NCBI RefSeq assembly: GCF_036365525.1
Contig: NC_090373.1
Span: 100,675,082-100,739,081 of the forward strand
Length of the DNA stretch: 64,000 bases
DNA from: Heterodontus francisci
Lineage: Eukaryota
Direction of reading: 5' to 3'
The translations under genes were made by a program, and so were the position numbers. Positions 1 to 11,959 of this stretch are shown here, piece after piece. The first letter of the stretch is position 1, and each line of letters starts with the position of its first letter. A model generated the notes under the pieces. The model saw only the letters and a program-made list of their open reading frames with translations. It did not search any database and had not been told where the DNA came from.

Positions 1-90
1 GACTGCTGATTCCCAGCAAGACAGCGTTTCTTTGAGAAGTGCGGAAGTCAAACTCAATTCGTAAATCTGTTCCAACCCTATAGCGTGCAA
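1..90 (-). CDS. LAMA2: LAMA2 exon 63-equivalent (start of LG5), truncated by window edge
   Basis: Acceptor tgtcatttcag at 91-92; translation (V)ARYRVGTDLRIEFDFRTSQRNAVLLGISS resembles human VGGFKVGLDLLVEFEFRTTTTTGVLLGISS; phase fits the exon at 8223-8376. Confidence 0.93.
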   Translation of the reverse strand, partial: MHAIGLEQIYELSLTSALLKETLSCWESAV

Positions 91-297
91 CTGAAATGAC
101 ACAAGAGAACATATGCATTATAAATTAGCATGCAGTTTGTTTTTTGCATTTTGTTTTTTGCTACTGATTTGTGTACTGTAGTCAAATATTAATTGCTCTA
201 ATGTGTATAGTCCTCAGGCAGTAGATTGCACACTGAACTGCTATGTATCTAAAAGACACTTGAGTCAAGCCAAAATAAATTATTCTAACCTTGGATA

Positions 298-1435
298 GAT
301 CATTAATAAGGCTATATGTACATGGGATAGAGGGTAACTTGATAAGGTGGATTCAAGATTGGCTTAGCTGTCGGAGACAGAGAGTGATGACAGACGGCTG
401 TTTTAGTGACTGGAAGTCAGTGTCCAGTGGCGTACCACAGGGATCTGTGCTGGGTCCCCTATTGTTTGTCATTTATATAAACGACATAGATGACTATGTG
501 GGGGTTAGGATCAGTAAGTTCGCGGATGACACAAAGATTGGCCGAGTGGTTAACAGTGAGGTGGAGTGTCTTAGGTTACAGGAAGGTAGAGACGGGATGG
601 TCAAATGGGCAGAAAAGTGGCAGATGGAATTTAATCCTGAAAAGTGTGAGGTGATACACTTTGGAAGGAGTAATGTGACACGGAAGTATTCAATGAATGG
701 CCTGACACTGGGAAGTTCCGAGGAACAAAGGGACCTTGGCGTGTTTGTCCATAGATCTCTGAAGGCAGAAGGGTAGGTTAATAGGGTGGTGAAAAAGGCA
801 TATGGGACACTTGCCTTTATCAATCGAGGCATACATTACAAAAGCAGGGAGGTCATGTTGGAGTTATACAGAACTTTGGTAAGGCCACAGTTGGAGTACT
901 GTGTGCAATTCTGGTCACCACATTATAGGAAGGATGTGATTGCACTGGAGGGGGTGCAGATGCGATGTTGCCTGGGATGGAACATTTAAGCTATGAAGAG
1001 AGGTTGGATAGGCTTGGGTTGTTTTCGCTGGAGCAGAGAAGACTGAGGGGTGACCTGATCGAGGTGTACAAGATTATGAGGGGCATGGACAGGGTGGATA
1101 GGGAGAAGCTGTTCCCCTTAGTTGAAGGGTCAGTTATGAGGGCTCACAAGTTTAAGGTGAGGGGCGTGAGGTTTAAGAGGGATTTGAGGAAGAACTTTTT
1201 TTACCCAGAGGGTGGTGACGGTCTGGAATGCCCTGCCTGGGAGGGTGGTAGAGGCGGGTTGCCTCACATCCTTTAAAAAGTACCTGGATGAGCACTTGGC
1301 ACGTCATAACATTCAAGGCTATGGGTCAAGTGCTGGCAAATGGGATTAGGTAGACAGGTCAGGTGTCTTTAATGCATCGGTGCAGACTCAATGGGCCGAA
1401 GGGCCTCTTCGTCACTGTATTATTCTATGATTTTG
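298..1435 (+). mobile_element. CR1-type LINE, 5'-truncated RT/3' fragment, disrupted
   Basis: [20 protein letters not shown] and RPQLEYCVQFWSP motifs split over three ORFs; CR1 3' end ...atgggccgaagggcctctt...tattctatga. Confidence 0.93.
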
Positions 1436-1872
1436 TGATATATGAGAAATATTTCAGCAGTGCACTTCAAAAGAACAGTTGTACATTGGAAAGGAATCAG
1501 GAAAGAGCAACAGCATGATTATAGGTATTATGAAGAAACTAAATTCATGTTCAGTATAGAAAAAGTATTTAGAGGCAGCTTGCTCTGTAAGGATCCACCC
1601 CATTTGCAGAGATCTTGAAAGCTTAGGTATAAGTTGATAAAAAAACAAAGCTTAGGGACCTCCAAATATGTAATCACTGCTTCACTAACTAGGACCATCA
1701 TAAATGCTACAGATTTGGTTTGTAGCATTGCTTGGAGTTGAGCAGAAATAATCCCCACTGCCAGTGACGAATCTACCTCTCCAGTTTCCACTACAAACTC
1801 CTCCTCCCTACTAGAGTTCTTCTTTTTTTATCATAATTCTACCTCAATGCTTGATCCTGAATCTGACACATC

Positions 1873-2540
1873 GGGCTGAATTTTACCAGCCCCCCCGCCA
1901 CGGGCCTCAACGTGGGAAGGTCCCACCCTATTTTACTGGCGGCGGTGAGGTCTTGGAAGCCCCCCCCCCTCCCCCGCTGCTCAGTAACAAAATTAATATA
2001 TTTAAATAAATGATAATTAAAGAATAATTACCTATCTTGTTGCGATGGCCGTGCCATTCTGATATTCGACCGGTTGCTAGAACTCCGTTTGGAGAGCCGA
2101 GGTGCAACACTGGTGGGGAGGGGGAAGGAGTGAGGTATTCAGGGTGGGGGAGGGGGAGCAGGGAAAACTGTTCCTATTGGTTGCAGGGATTGTGCGAAGA
2201 GGTTGAGGGTCAAACGTAAACAAGTTCGAGGGGGTGGCAGTTCAGGATCCTAAAAACATTTTTTGGGGGGGGGATAGGGCAATTTATATGAGTACTCAGT
2301 GGGGGTGAGTGAGGGGATTCAAAGTGACATTAACATTTTATTTAAATTTTTAGAACAACGGGACCTTTAAAAATTTAAATTTAATTCAAGAGCTTGAAGC
2401 CCTTGAAAAATGTCATTAGGGGTGGGCATTCCATCCCCTCCACGTTAATGAGCCACAGCGCGAAATATCGCACATCTCATGTGTGCGCCGCGCCGATCCA
2501 GAAGCTTGCCGATCGTCGGCGAGCTATAAAATTTCAGCTC
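1873..2540 (+). mobile_element. Non-autonomous DNA transposon (PIF/Harbinger-type MITE)
   Basis: Termini gggctgaatttt ... aaatttcagctc; internal similarity to the copies at 38885-39641 and 51962-52731. Confidence 0.7.
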
Positions 2541-2599
2541 ATGGAGTTGATCACGTGGTTCTGGCACAGAGGCACTGAGAACAGTGATCCTTACATTGA

Positions 2600-3010
2600 A
2601 TATGCAGCACAGAAACAGGCAATTCAGCCCAATGAATACATCGTTTGAGCTCCACCTGAGCCTCCTCCAATGCTTCCTCAACTAACTCTGTCAGCATAAT
2701 CCTCTAATCCCTTCTCCCTCATATGCTTAGCCAGCTTCCCCTTAAATACATCCATACTATTCGCCTCAACTACTCCATGTAGTAGCGAGTTCCACATTCT
2801 TACCACTCTCTGAGAAAAGAAGTTTCTTCTGAATTCTGTGTTTTTGTGATGACTATCTTATCTTGATGGCCTGTAGCTTTACTCTTCCTCACAAGTGGAA
2901 ATATTTTCTCTGTGTCTATACTATCAAAACCTTTTATATCTTTAAAGACTTCTATTAGGTCACCCCTCAGCCTTCTCTTTTCAAGAGAAAAGAGAGCCAG
3001 ACTATTCATC
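2600..3010 (-). mobile_element. Old CR1 3' fragment
   Basis: Minus ORF LFSLEKRRLRGDLIEVFK is the CR1 ORF2 C-terminus, followed by a CR1-like 3' UTR. Confidence 0.8.
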
Positions 3011-3500
3011 CTATCCTCGCAGTTGTGGTATCCTTGAGTGCTATGTGTCCCTGCAGCACAGAGCAGTAACCATGCACTTATAATTTGAGGTCAATATATT
3101 AACATATTATTACCGCACTCCTGGTGCACAAAGCATGATGTACTGGGAACAAACTCGCGTTAAGAATGGCTTCTCTGTGTGAGCACACCTGCATCACACA
3201 TAATCAGATACTTTGGATTTTAGGCAATTAAGTGAAATTTAGCATTTTGCTTCATTAAACTTTATTCGCTACATGCCCTTTTCAGCTATCCTTGGGTGTT
3301 TCCCAGTGACTCAAATAAGTAATTCAATCATAAATTTGAAATATAAATCACATGGAAGCCCATATAGATATGCAACCACTAAGAAAGCTACCAATGGAGC
3401 TGTTGACTGTTGATCTCCACATCCTTCCACTTCCCTCCCCAAAGAGATGGTACTATCCTTCAGTGCCACTGTTCTCACTTTACTCTTGTAAGAGTCACAT

Positions 3501-4570
3501 TTGAGACAGAGAGTAGCAGTAGAAGGGAGTTTCTCAAAATGGAGACGTGTGACCAGTGGTGTTCCACAGGGATCCGTGCTGGGACCACTGTTGTTTGTGA
3601 TATACATTAATGATTTGGAGGAAAGTATAGGTGGACTGATTAGCAAGTTTGCAGACGACACTAAGATTGGTGGAGTAGCAGATAGTGAAGGGGACTGTCA
3701 GAGAATACAGCAGAATATAGATAGATTGGAGAGTTGGGCAGAGAAATGGCAGATGGAGTTCAATCAGGGAAAATGCGAGGTGATGCATTTTGGAAGATCC
3801 AATTCAAGAGTGAATTATACAGTAAATGGAAAAGTCCTGGGGAAAATTGATGTACAGAGAGATTTGGGTGTTCAGGTCCACTGTTCCCTGAAGGTGGCAA
3901 CGCAGGTCAATAGAGTGGTCAAGAAGGCATACGGCATGCTTTCCTTCATCGGACGGGGTATTGAGTACAAGAGTTGGCAGGTCATGTTACAGTTGTATAG
4001 GACTTTGGTTCGGCCACATTTGGAATACTGCGTGCAGTTCTGGTCGCCACATTACCAAAAGGATGTGGATGCTTTGGAGAGGGTGCAGAGGAGGTTCACC
4101 AGGATGTTGCCTGGTATGGAGGGCGCTGTCTATGAAGAGAGGTTGAGTAGATTAGGATTATTTTCATTAGAAAGACGGAGGTTGAGGGGGGACCTGATTG
4201 AGGTGTACAAAATCATGAGAGGTATAGACAGGGTGGATAGCAAGAGGCTTTTTCCCAGAGTGGGGGATTCAATTACTAGAGGACACGAGTTCAAAGTGAA
4301 AGGGGAAAAGTTTAGGGGGGATATGCGTGGAAAGTTCTTTACGCAGAGGGTGGTGGGTGCCTGGAACGCGTTGCCAGCGGAGGTGGTAGATGCGGGCACG
4401 ATGGCGTCTTTTAAGATGTATCTAGACAGATACATGAATGGGCAGTAAGAAAAGAGATACAGACGCTTAGAAAATAGGCGACATGTTTAGATAGAGGATC
4501 TGGATCGGCGCAGGCTTGGAGGGCCGAAGGGCCTGTTCCTGTGCTGTAATTTTCTTTGTTCTTTGTTTGT
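3501..4570 (+). mobile_element. CR1 LINE 3' fragment with open RT C-terminal part (315 aa)
   Basis: [17 protein letters not shown] and RRRLRGDLIE motifs; short (TTCTTTG)n-like tail at about 4551-4570. Confidence 0.95.
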
Positions 4571-4844
4571 TTGTCCCTGGTTACTCAGGGTTTAACCTTA
4601 GTTGCATCTCTATGGTGATGCATGGACACACGTGAATGGGTAGTTTTGACAGGAAACAAAGCCCCTGTTTCTGGGTGTGGTAGTGGGACTCACAGGTACG
4701 GAGCAGCGAAATTGCTTTCCAAAAGGAAACTGCCATAGCTGGTCATTACCTGAAGAAGTGAACTGTAGAGGAAATAGATGCTTCAGGAAATCAAAGAATC
4801 ATAGTCACATTGCATCTACTGCATGATAATGTGAAGCTGCCAAA

Positions 4845-6488
4845 GGAACTGAAGGAAATCAGTATTAGTAGAGAAATGGTGTTGGCGAAATTGATGGGAT
4901 TGAAGACTGATAAATCCCCAGGGCCTGATGGTATGCATCCCAGAGTACTTAAGGAAGTGGCCCGAGAAATAGTGGATGCATTGGTGGTCAAGATTCTATA
5001 GAGTCTGGAACAGTTCCTACAGATTGGAGGTTAGCTAATGTAACCCCACTATTTAAAAAGGGAGATAGAGAGAAAGCAAGGAATTATAGACCAGTCAGTC
5101 TGACGTCGGTAGTGGGGAAAATTCTAGAGTCCATTATCAAAGATTTTATGGCAGAGCACTTAGAGAACGGTGGTTGAATCGTGCAGAGTCAGCATGGATT
5201 TACGAAAGGGAAGTCATGCTTGACAAATCTACTAGAATTCTTTGAGGATGTAACTAGTCGAATTGATGAGGAGGAGCCAGTGGGTGTGGTTTATTTGGAC
5301 TTTCAGAAGGCTTTCGACAAAATCCCACATAAGAGATTAGCGTGTAAAATTAGAGCGCATGGGATTAGGGGTAGTGTATTGCGATGGATAGAAAATTGGT
5401 TGGCAGACAGGAAACAAAGAGTAGGGATAAATGGGTCTTTTTCCGAATGGCAGGCAGTGACTAGTGGGGTACCGCAGGGATCGGTGCTGGGACCCCAGCT
5501 ATTCACAATATATATTAATGATTTAGATGAGGGAACTAAATGTAATATCTCCAAATTTGCAGATGATACAAAACTGGGTGGGAGGGGTGAGTTGTGAGGA
5601 GGATGCAGAGAGGCTTCAGGATGATTTGGACGAGTTGAGTGAGTGGGCTAATGCATGGCAGATGCAGTATAATGTGGATAAATGTGAGGTTATCCACTTT
5701 GCTAGCAAAAACAAGAAGGAAGATTATTATCTGAACGGCTATAAACTGAAAGAGGGGAATATGCAGCGAGACCTGGGTGTTCTCGTACACCAGTCGCTGA
5801 CAGTAAGCATGCAGATGCAACAGGCGGTAAAAAAGGCAAATGGTATGTTGGCCTTCATAGCGAGAGGATTCAAGTACAGGAGCAGGGATGTCTTGCTGCA
5901 ATTATACAGGGCCTTGGTGAGGCCACACCTGGAATATTGTGTGCAGTTTTGGTGTCCTTATCTGAGGAAGGATGTTCTTGCTATAGAGGGAGCGCAGTGC
6001 AGTGGTTAACCAGACTGATTCCTGGGATGGCAGGACTGATGCATGAGGAGAGATTGAGTTGGTTAGGATTATATTCGCTGGAGTTCAGAAGAGTGAGGGG
6101 GGATCTCATAGAAACCTATAAAATTCTCATAGAACCTTGACAGGGTAGATGCAGGAAGGATGTTCCCGATGGTGGGGGAGTCCAGAACCAGGGGTCATAG
6201 TCTCAGGATATGGGGTAAACCTTTCAGGACTGAGATGAGGAGAAATTTCTTCACCCAGTGAGTGGTGAGCCTGTGGAATTTGTTATCACAGACAGCAGTT
6301 GAGGCCAAAACATTGTATGTTTTCAAGAAGGAGTTAGATATAGCTCTTGGGTGTAAAAGGATCAAAGGGTATGGGGCGAAAGTGGGAACAGGTTACTGAG
6401 TTGGATGATCAGCCATGATCATAATGAATGGCGGAGCAGGCTCGAAGGGCCGAATGGCCTACTCCTGCTCCTATTTTATATGTTTCTA
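4845..6488 (+). mobile_element. CR1 LINE fragment (RT), frameshifted
   Basis: [28 protein letters not shown] and FADD motifs across several ORFs; CR1 3' UTR agggccgaatggcctactcctgctcc. Confidence 0.93.
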
Positions 6489-6595
6489 AACCAAGAACAA
6501 ATAAAGGATTGACAAAAGAGGTAAATGGCTTCTTACTGTATTTCACGAGTTAATTTCCGTTAAGCATTCATTAGACTTTGACTATTTCTGGTGTC

Positions 6596-6795
6596 CTACC
6601 CAAAAGACTTGCAGGTTGATAGGTAAATTGGCCATTATAAATTGTCACTAGTATAGGTAGGTGGTAGGGAAATATAGGGACAGGTGGGGATGTTTGGTAG
6701 GAATGTAGGATTAGTATAAATGGGTGGTTGATGTTCGGCACAGACTCGGTGGGCCGAAGGGCCTGTTTCAGTGCTGTATCTCTAATCTAATCTAA
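6596..6795 (+). mobile_element. V-SINE (HE1-like) 3' fragment
   Basis: Near-identical to the 3' half of the full copy at 39858-40222; (TCTAA)n tail. Confidence 0.85.
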
Positions 6796-7005
6796 TTTAT
6801 CCCTCAACCACCATGATTAAAACAGATTATTTGGACATTATCTCATTGCTATTTGTAGGACTGTGCTAATGTGCAAGTTGGTTGCTGAAGGTCCAACATT
6901 AGAACAGTAACTACACTTCAAAAGTACTTAATTGGCTGCAACATGCTTTTGGATGTCCTGAGGTCATAAAAAGTGCGATATAAATGCAGGTTCTTTCTAT
7001 TTTTT
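6796..7005 (+). mobile_element. Deu-domain SINE (SacSINE1/AmnSINE1-like) 3' part
   Basis: ttatctcattgct...actacacttcaaaagtactt.attggctg...tataaatgca; aligns with the copy at 61653-62098. Confidence 0.7.
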
Positions 7006-7161
7006 AGTTGTAGATTATCCAGACCTGCTAATGATGTGGCAAGTCTGGAGAAAACGGTGAGCTTTAAGTAGCAGAGCACTGACCATGCTTGATTGTCTGG
7101 TGTAAGGCCACATTTTCTGTTCGAGTAGAACTCCAAAACACATTGTTTTCTCATCTATAAT

Positions 7162-7402
7162 AAATGCAAAATACTGCAGATGCTGGAAATCTGAAATAAA
7201 AACAAGAAATGCTGGAAATACTCAGCAGGTCTGGCAGCATCTGTGGAGAGAGAAGCAGAGTTAACGCTTCAGGTCAGTGACCCTTCATCAGAACTCATGA
7301 TGAAACTCTGATGGAAGATCACAGACCTGAAACATTAACTCTGCTTCTCTCTCCACAGATGCTGCCAGACGTACTGAGTAGTTCCATCATTTCTTGTTTT
7401 TA
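7162..7402. mobile_element. Fold-back Penelope-like element remnant with hammerhead-like motifs
   Basis: Inverted arms of about 100 bp (ctcagcaggtctggcagcatctgtggagagagaagcagagttaac / ttaactctgcttctctctccacagatgctgccagac). Minus strand 7259-7295 reads AGTT-CTGATGA-A-GGGTC-ACT-GACCT-GAAGC-GTT-AACT. Confidence 0.72.
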
Positions 7403-8222
7403 GTGCTTTCTCATCTACCTCTTACAGATTAAATCTTTTATATCCATCTTGTAATTTAAAAAAAGTTATCTCACAAATGTGCATATGATGCTATCAATAA
7501 TTTTCATTGCTTGCTCAACTAGCAAAATATGATAAGCTGTCAAAAACATACTTACACTTTATTGTGTGGAAAAAAATGTTTGCGTAATTTTGAAAACAAC
7601 TGTTAAAGATTTGTTACTGTATACACTCACTCATAAGACTGGATATTTATGCATCTGGAAGTAAAGCAGGTTATTTTTTAAATAAGTCATATCGTCCCTC
7701 AAGTTTCCCTCTCAGCAAAGCAGTTTTTCTAAATGTAATGGAGAACCTAGTACCATTCCTATCAGGTGTTGCTGTCAGCTGCTGCTCTGTTCTGCAACAC
7801 TGCAACATTTCAATGATGAGATTCCTTCCTGACGTCAGTACATGCTCCTGTTGCTCATGTAAATTGAAAGCAGCATAGCAGGATAAATACAAATAGAGAT
7901 TTAAAATCAGAAGCTGGAGATAGGACAGTTATTGGTAGGCAGAATAGCCATTTAGCAGCGTGCCAGAGCAATGGCCAATAGGAATTTTGGTTGCTAGAAA
8001 CTCTAATTCTACCCCTTATATTGTGGCGTATTGAGGGTTTTTTTGGGAAACTTTGGAGGTTGTCTTATATATGGGTCAAAACTCACGTGGGAGTATATAC
8101 AGTAGCCTTAAGTAGCATGAAGCAGCTTTCTTTGCAATAGTAGTGTTTTAAAATGACTCTGGTTGTTAACAGTTAAAGTAACTACAAACAATTTCAGTGT
8201 CAAAGCAATCAAATACCTTTAC

Positions 8223-8376
8223 CTGCTTTAGCAAAACCTGTTCCATCAAAATAATTTCCTTTTTGACTATTGAGAAAGCAGACACCAACGTCGAGACTGG
8301 AGGTCGGATTATCCAAATCAAAAGATTCATCGTTCAATTTAAAGTGACGGATGCAAGCATTTATACTGTAGAGCAC
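8223..8376 (-). CDS. LAMA2: LAMA2 exon 62-equivalent (end of LG4), 154 bp
   Basis: ttacgtag|GTG...GCAG|gtaaag; VLYSINACIRHFKLNDESFDLDNPTSSLDVGVCFLNSQKGNYFDGTGFAKA. Confidence 0.95.
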
Positions 8377-9717
8377 CTACGTAATAAAAAAGAGTGAACA
8401 ACAGATTAACATGAGCCCAAATATAATCACTAAGTTTGGACGGCCAACTTTCATATACTTTAAAGTCTTCATAGCTAACTCCTCTTTTAAATAGGTTGAA
8501 ATAGTATGGAAAAGGTCAGAGTGCAGTATGACTGTATTAAAACTAGGGTTGATTCTCACTGCCTTCATCTGGCATTACCGGGGAGATAATAGTCTCAAAA
8601 TGAAGTCTGCGGTCTTTGGGTGTCCAAAGCGCCTGCTTGTTTCAGGCACTTAGGCCCTTCTTAACATGAAAATTGGTATCCTATGACATAAATGGGGCTG
8701 TGATTGCCATTTTTGATTGGAACTAGATGAAACCTGTGCAATTAAATATAAATGTACACACAAAGTAAAAGCCCAAAGGCTGTTTAAAAAGTCAGAAAGG
8801 AGATAAAATAGATTCAGCACACAATTTTTCAATCTTCCCTAAATATGTAACTTATACTTTGAGATTAAAAGGTAGATAAAACCACACTTTTGTTTGAGAT
8901 ATACCACGTATTTATAGACCAGTTAGTCTAATATCAGTTGTGGGCAAACACTTGGAATCCAAATTTGAGAGTGGATTTACAAATGTGTGGAATAATCAAG
9001 GAAAGCCAACATGGGCATATTTAACAAACTTAATATGAGTTTTTTTTAAAGAAGTGATAGATTAGAAAGATAAAGGGAATCAAGTTTTCTCTGGCTAGGG
9101 GTTGATGATGGGCGAAGCATCAATTTAAAACGGTCGCTAAGAGATTGAGGAGAGTGGTTAGGAGTAATTTCTTTACAAAGGGTTGTTGGAGCAATGGAAT
9201 ACCTTGCCATGTGGAGAAGTTGAGGCAGAGACCTCAGTATATTTTAAGAGAATTAGACAAATATTTAAAGCAGAGAGGAGTCAGAAAGGCCATGGGATTA
9301 GTTTTAGATGATTCTACCAAAGAGCTAGTCAGACACAGTGGACAAAATGGCCTCTTTCTCTGCTGAAAAGTTATATGATTCTATGGTAAAGCAGAAAATC
9401 ATGCAGTATTTACCACTGCGTGGCCTCTGACCATATTAAAAATGTAACTATTGATGTTTACTTATTTTGATGAGACATCGCATCAACAGATCTGCTCGTA
9501 GTAACATAGAAAGGTAGTGTTGCAAAGAAGAGCTGCAACCTATTAGCACCAGTACAAAAATATTCCTATCTCAAGCAGTGAAATGGCTTATATTAATAAG
9601 TATGTAAAATGTCTATGTTACCCCTTCAAAGAAGGTAAAGAAAAAATGGCTTTGAGTGAGACAAGTGAAAAGAATCTGTTGCTGAAAAAGGAACCATGAT
9701 GTACTGACTGATGTACT

Positions 9718-10048
9718 GCACAGTGGCGCAGTGGTTAGCACCGCAGCCTCACAGCTCCAGCAACCCGGGTTCAGTTCTGGGTACTGCCTGTGCGGAGTTT
9801 GCAAGTTCTCCCTGTGTCTGCGTGGGTTTCCACCGGTTTCCTCCCACCTCCAAAGACTTGCAGGTTGATAGGTAAATTGGCCATTAAAAATTGCCCCTAG
9901 TGTAGATAGGTGGTAGGAGAATGGTGGGGATGTGGTAGAGAATATGGGATTAATGTAGGATTAATATAAATGGGTGGTTGTTGGTCGGCACAGACTCGGT
10001 GGACCAAAGGGTCTGTTTCAGTGCTGTATCTCTAAATAAATAAATAAA
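9718..10048 (+). mobile_element. V-SINE (HE1-like tRNA-derived SINE)
   Basis: A-box tggcgcagtgg, degenerate B-box, V-domain-like gagtttgcaagttctccctgtgtctgcgtgggtttc, CR1-type tail, (TAAA)n. Confidence 0.87.
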
Positions 10049-10333
10049 GTCCCTAAGAGTTAAGCTCCCAGCATAAACGATCACAATGGGAGCACAGTTC
10101 AGACACTTGAGTGTGGAGGTCAGTTTGTCTAGCCTAGAGTGCTCCTGATTTTATGGCAAAGATTTTAATGGTCAGGCAATGAGAGGTGCTATGAATTGGC
10201 ACTATACCCTCCTTGTCTGATTTGCCAACATGTGCTCATATCAAGTGAGACTCTGTGCTGGGAACATATTCTCACAACTTCAGGGGTTTGATGTCATGCA
10301 CGGTCTACATGACTGCTCTTGTTCACATCTTAC

Positions 10334-10489
10334 ACGGCCAATTCTTCTTGTTGTGTAGTTCTTAGGCAATCCTCCGATATAAATCATGCCCACAACATCC
10401 AGAATATCTGCATTTTTAGGACTAACTGTTGTCGCCATGTTGAGGCCAATTGTAACTGTTACTCGCTTCCTATCCCGGACAATTCTGAC
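10334..10489 (-). CDS. LAMA2: LAMA2 exon 61-equivalent (LG4), 156 bp
   Basis: ttttttgcag|GTC...CGT|gtaaga; VRIVRDRKRVTVTIGLNMATTVSPKNADILDVVGMIYIGGLPKNYTTRRIGR. Confidence 0.96.
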
Positions 10490-10584
10490 CTGCAAAAAAT
10501 AAATGCAGATTTATTAGAAATATTATTATATGTTCTATTCCACCTAAAAACAATTGCAGGTAAAAAAGAAAAAAGATTAAACAC

Positions 10585-10910
10585 TGGCATTTTTGTAGCA
10601 CCTTTCACATCCTCAGGGCAGCCCAAAGTTCTTTTGACATGTGGTCACTGTTCTTTTGTAGACCATCATGGTGGCCACTGTGAATGTTGCAAGGTCCCAC
10701 AAACAGCAATAAGATGAGTGATCAGATAACCTGATTTGGTGGTGTTGGTTGAGGTACAAAAATTGGCCAGAGACCAGGAGAACTCGCTGTTATCCTTTGA
10801 AAGAGTGCCATGAGATATTATATATCTGCCCAAGAGATGGGCCTCGTTAAAATGTGTTTTCTGAAATTCAACACATCTGACATAGCTTCAGTGCTACACA
10901 GAAGTGTCAA
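10585..10910 (-). mobile_element. Deu-domain SINE, old
   Basis: Plus-strand gcaaggtcccacaaacagcaataagat and gcacctttcacatcctcagg correspond to the reverse complement of the Deu domain and tail seen at 61653-62098. Confidence 0.6.
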
Positions 10911-11571
10911 CCGTTATAATACATCAACCCAGTGTTTTCAAATACTGAGGCATTTAGGCTGCTGATTTAATTTTCCAGGAATTTTCCTTCATTCCCACAG
11001 GCTATTGCAGATATGTTTTATTCATCTTTATTGTTAAGTCCAATGCTAAATATTTTAAAAATCGCATTGTTGAATGTTAAATGGCTTTGAAATTGTTTAT
11101 TAATCTTTCCATTCACTCCTAGTCTATGAAATCACGCTTCTTGACCTCTCCACAAATTCACGGTGGTACTGTATTTTCCTGCTTATCCCTCACAGTTTAT
11201 GCTGGAACTCTGGCTAGGATTTTATTCTGGCGATGGGGGTTTCGACGTCCAGCAAAAGTGACACTGAGAACCCTGCATTGCCTCTTCTGTTGGAGGCCTG
11301 CTGAATCAAGTGCCAATTAGACACTTAACTGGACAGCGGCAGGCCTTCCACAGGAAAAAGGACCCCGACGACAGAAGTCCCACCCACTGAGAGCTGCTGG
11401 CCATTAAAGACCGAAAGCTCTTTAACTGAGCAGCGCCAGCGCGGAGGCAGTGATTGCTGATGGTGGAGCACCCACCTGAGGCTCAGGAGCTGGACCCAAA
11501 TCACAGGGAGGTCAGAACAGGAGGGGTCTCGTGGGATGGAGGTCGCAGGAGAGGGGGGGGGGGGTGTAGGG

Positions 11572-11955
11572 TAAAGGCCTGCTCAGGTCGGGAAAAAGAA
11601 CCTGACCCGAACCCGACCAAACCACAGCAGACCCGAGCCCAATCTGGTCCGAGTCCCTCCAATTTTGCCCCAAACCTGACCTGAGCCTGACCCAGACTCG
11701 ACCCGACCCGAGCCCGACCCAACCAACCTTTTACTTACCTTCGGACTCAAAGCCTCCAGGAATCTGCAGCGCATGCGTGATGACGTCACAGTGATGTCAC
11801 CCACTCACTGCGCAGACTCAGTTTCGGCTCGGACTCCCAGCTCAGGTAAGTTTTTTTTAATTTCAATACTTATCAGCAGAGCACTTACCGAACCGACCCA
11901 ACCTGACCTGGACTCGGCCCGACCTGACCCGACCCGACCCAAGCTCGAAAGCCAG
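11572..11955. mobile_element. hAT-type MITE, truncated copy (opposite orientation to 53442-53898)
   Basis: Starts taaaggcctgct (TIR); rich in CCCGA repeats; reverse-complement match to the 53442-53898 copy. Confidence 0.8.
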
Positions 11956-11959
11956 ATCC

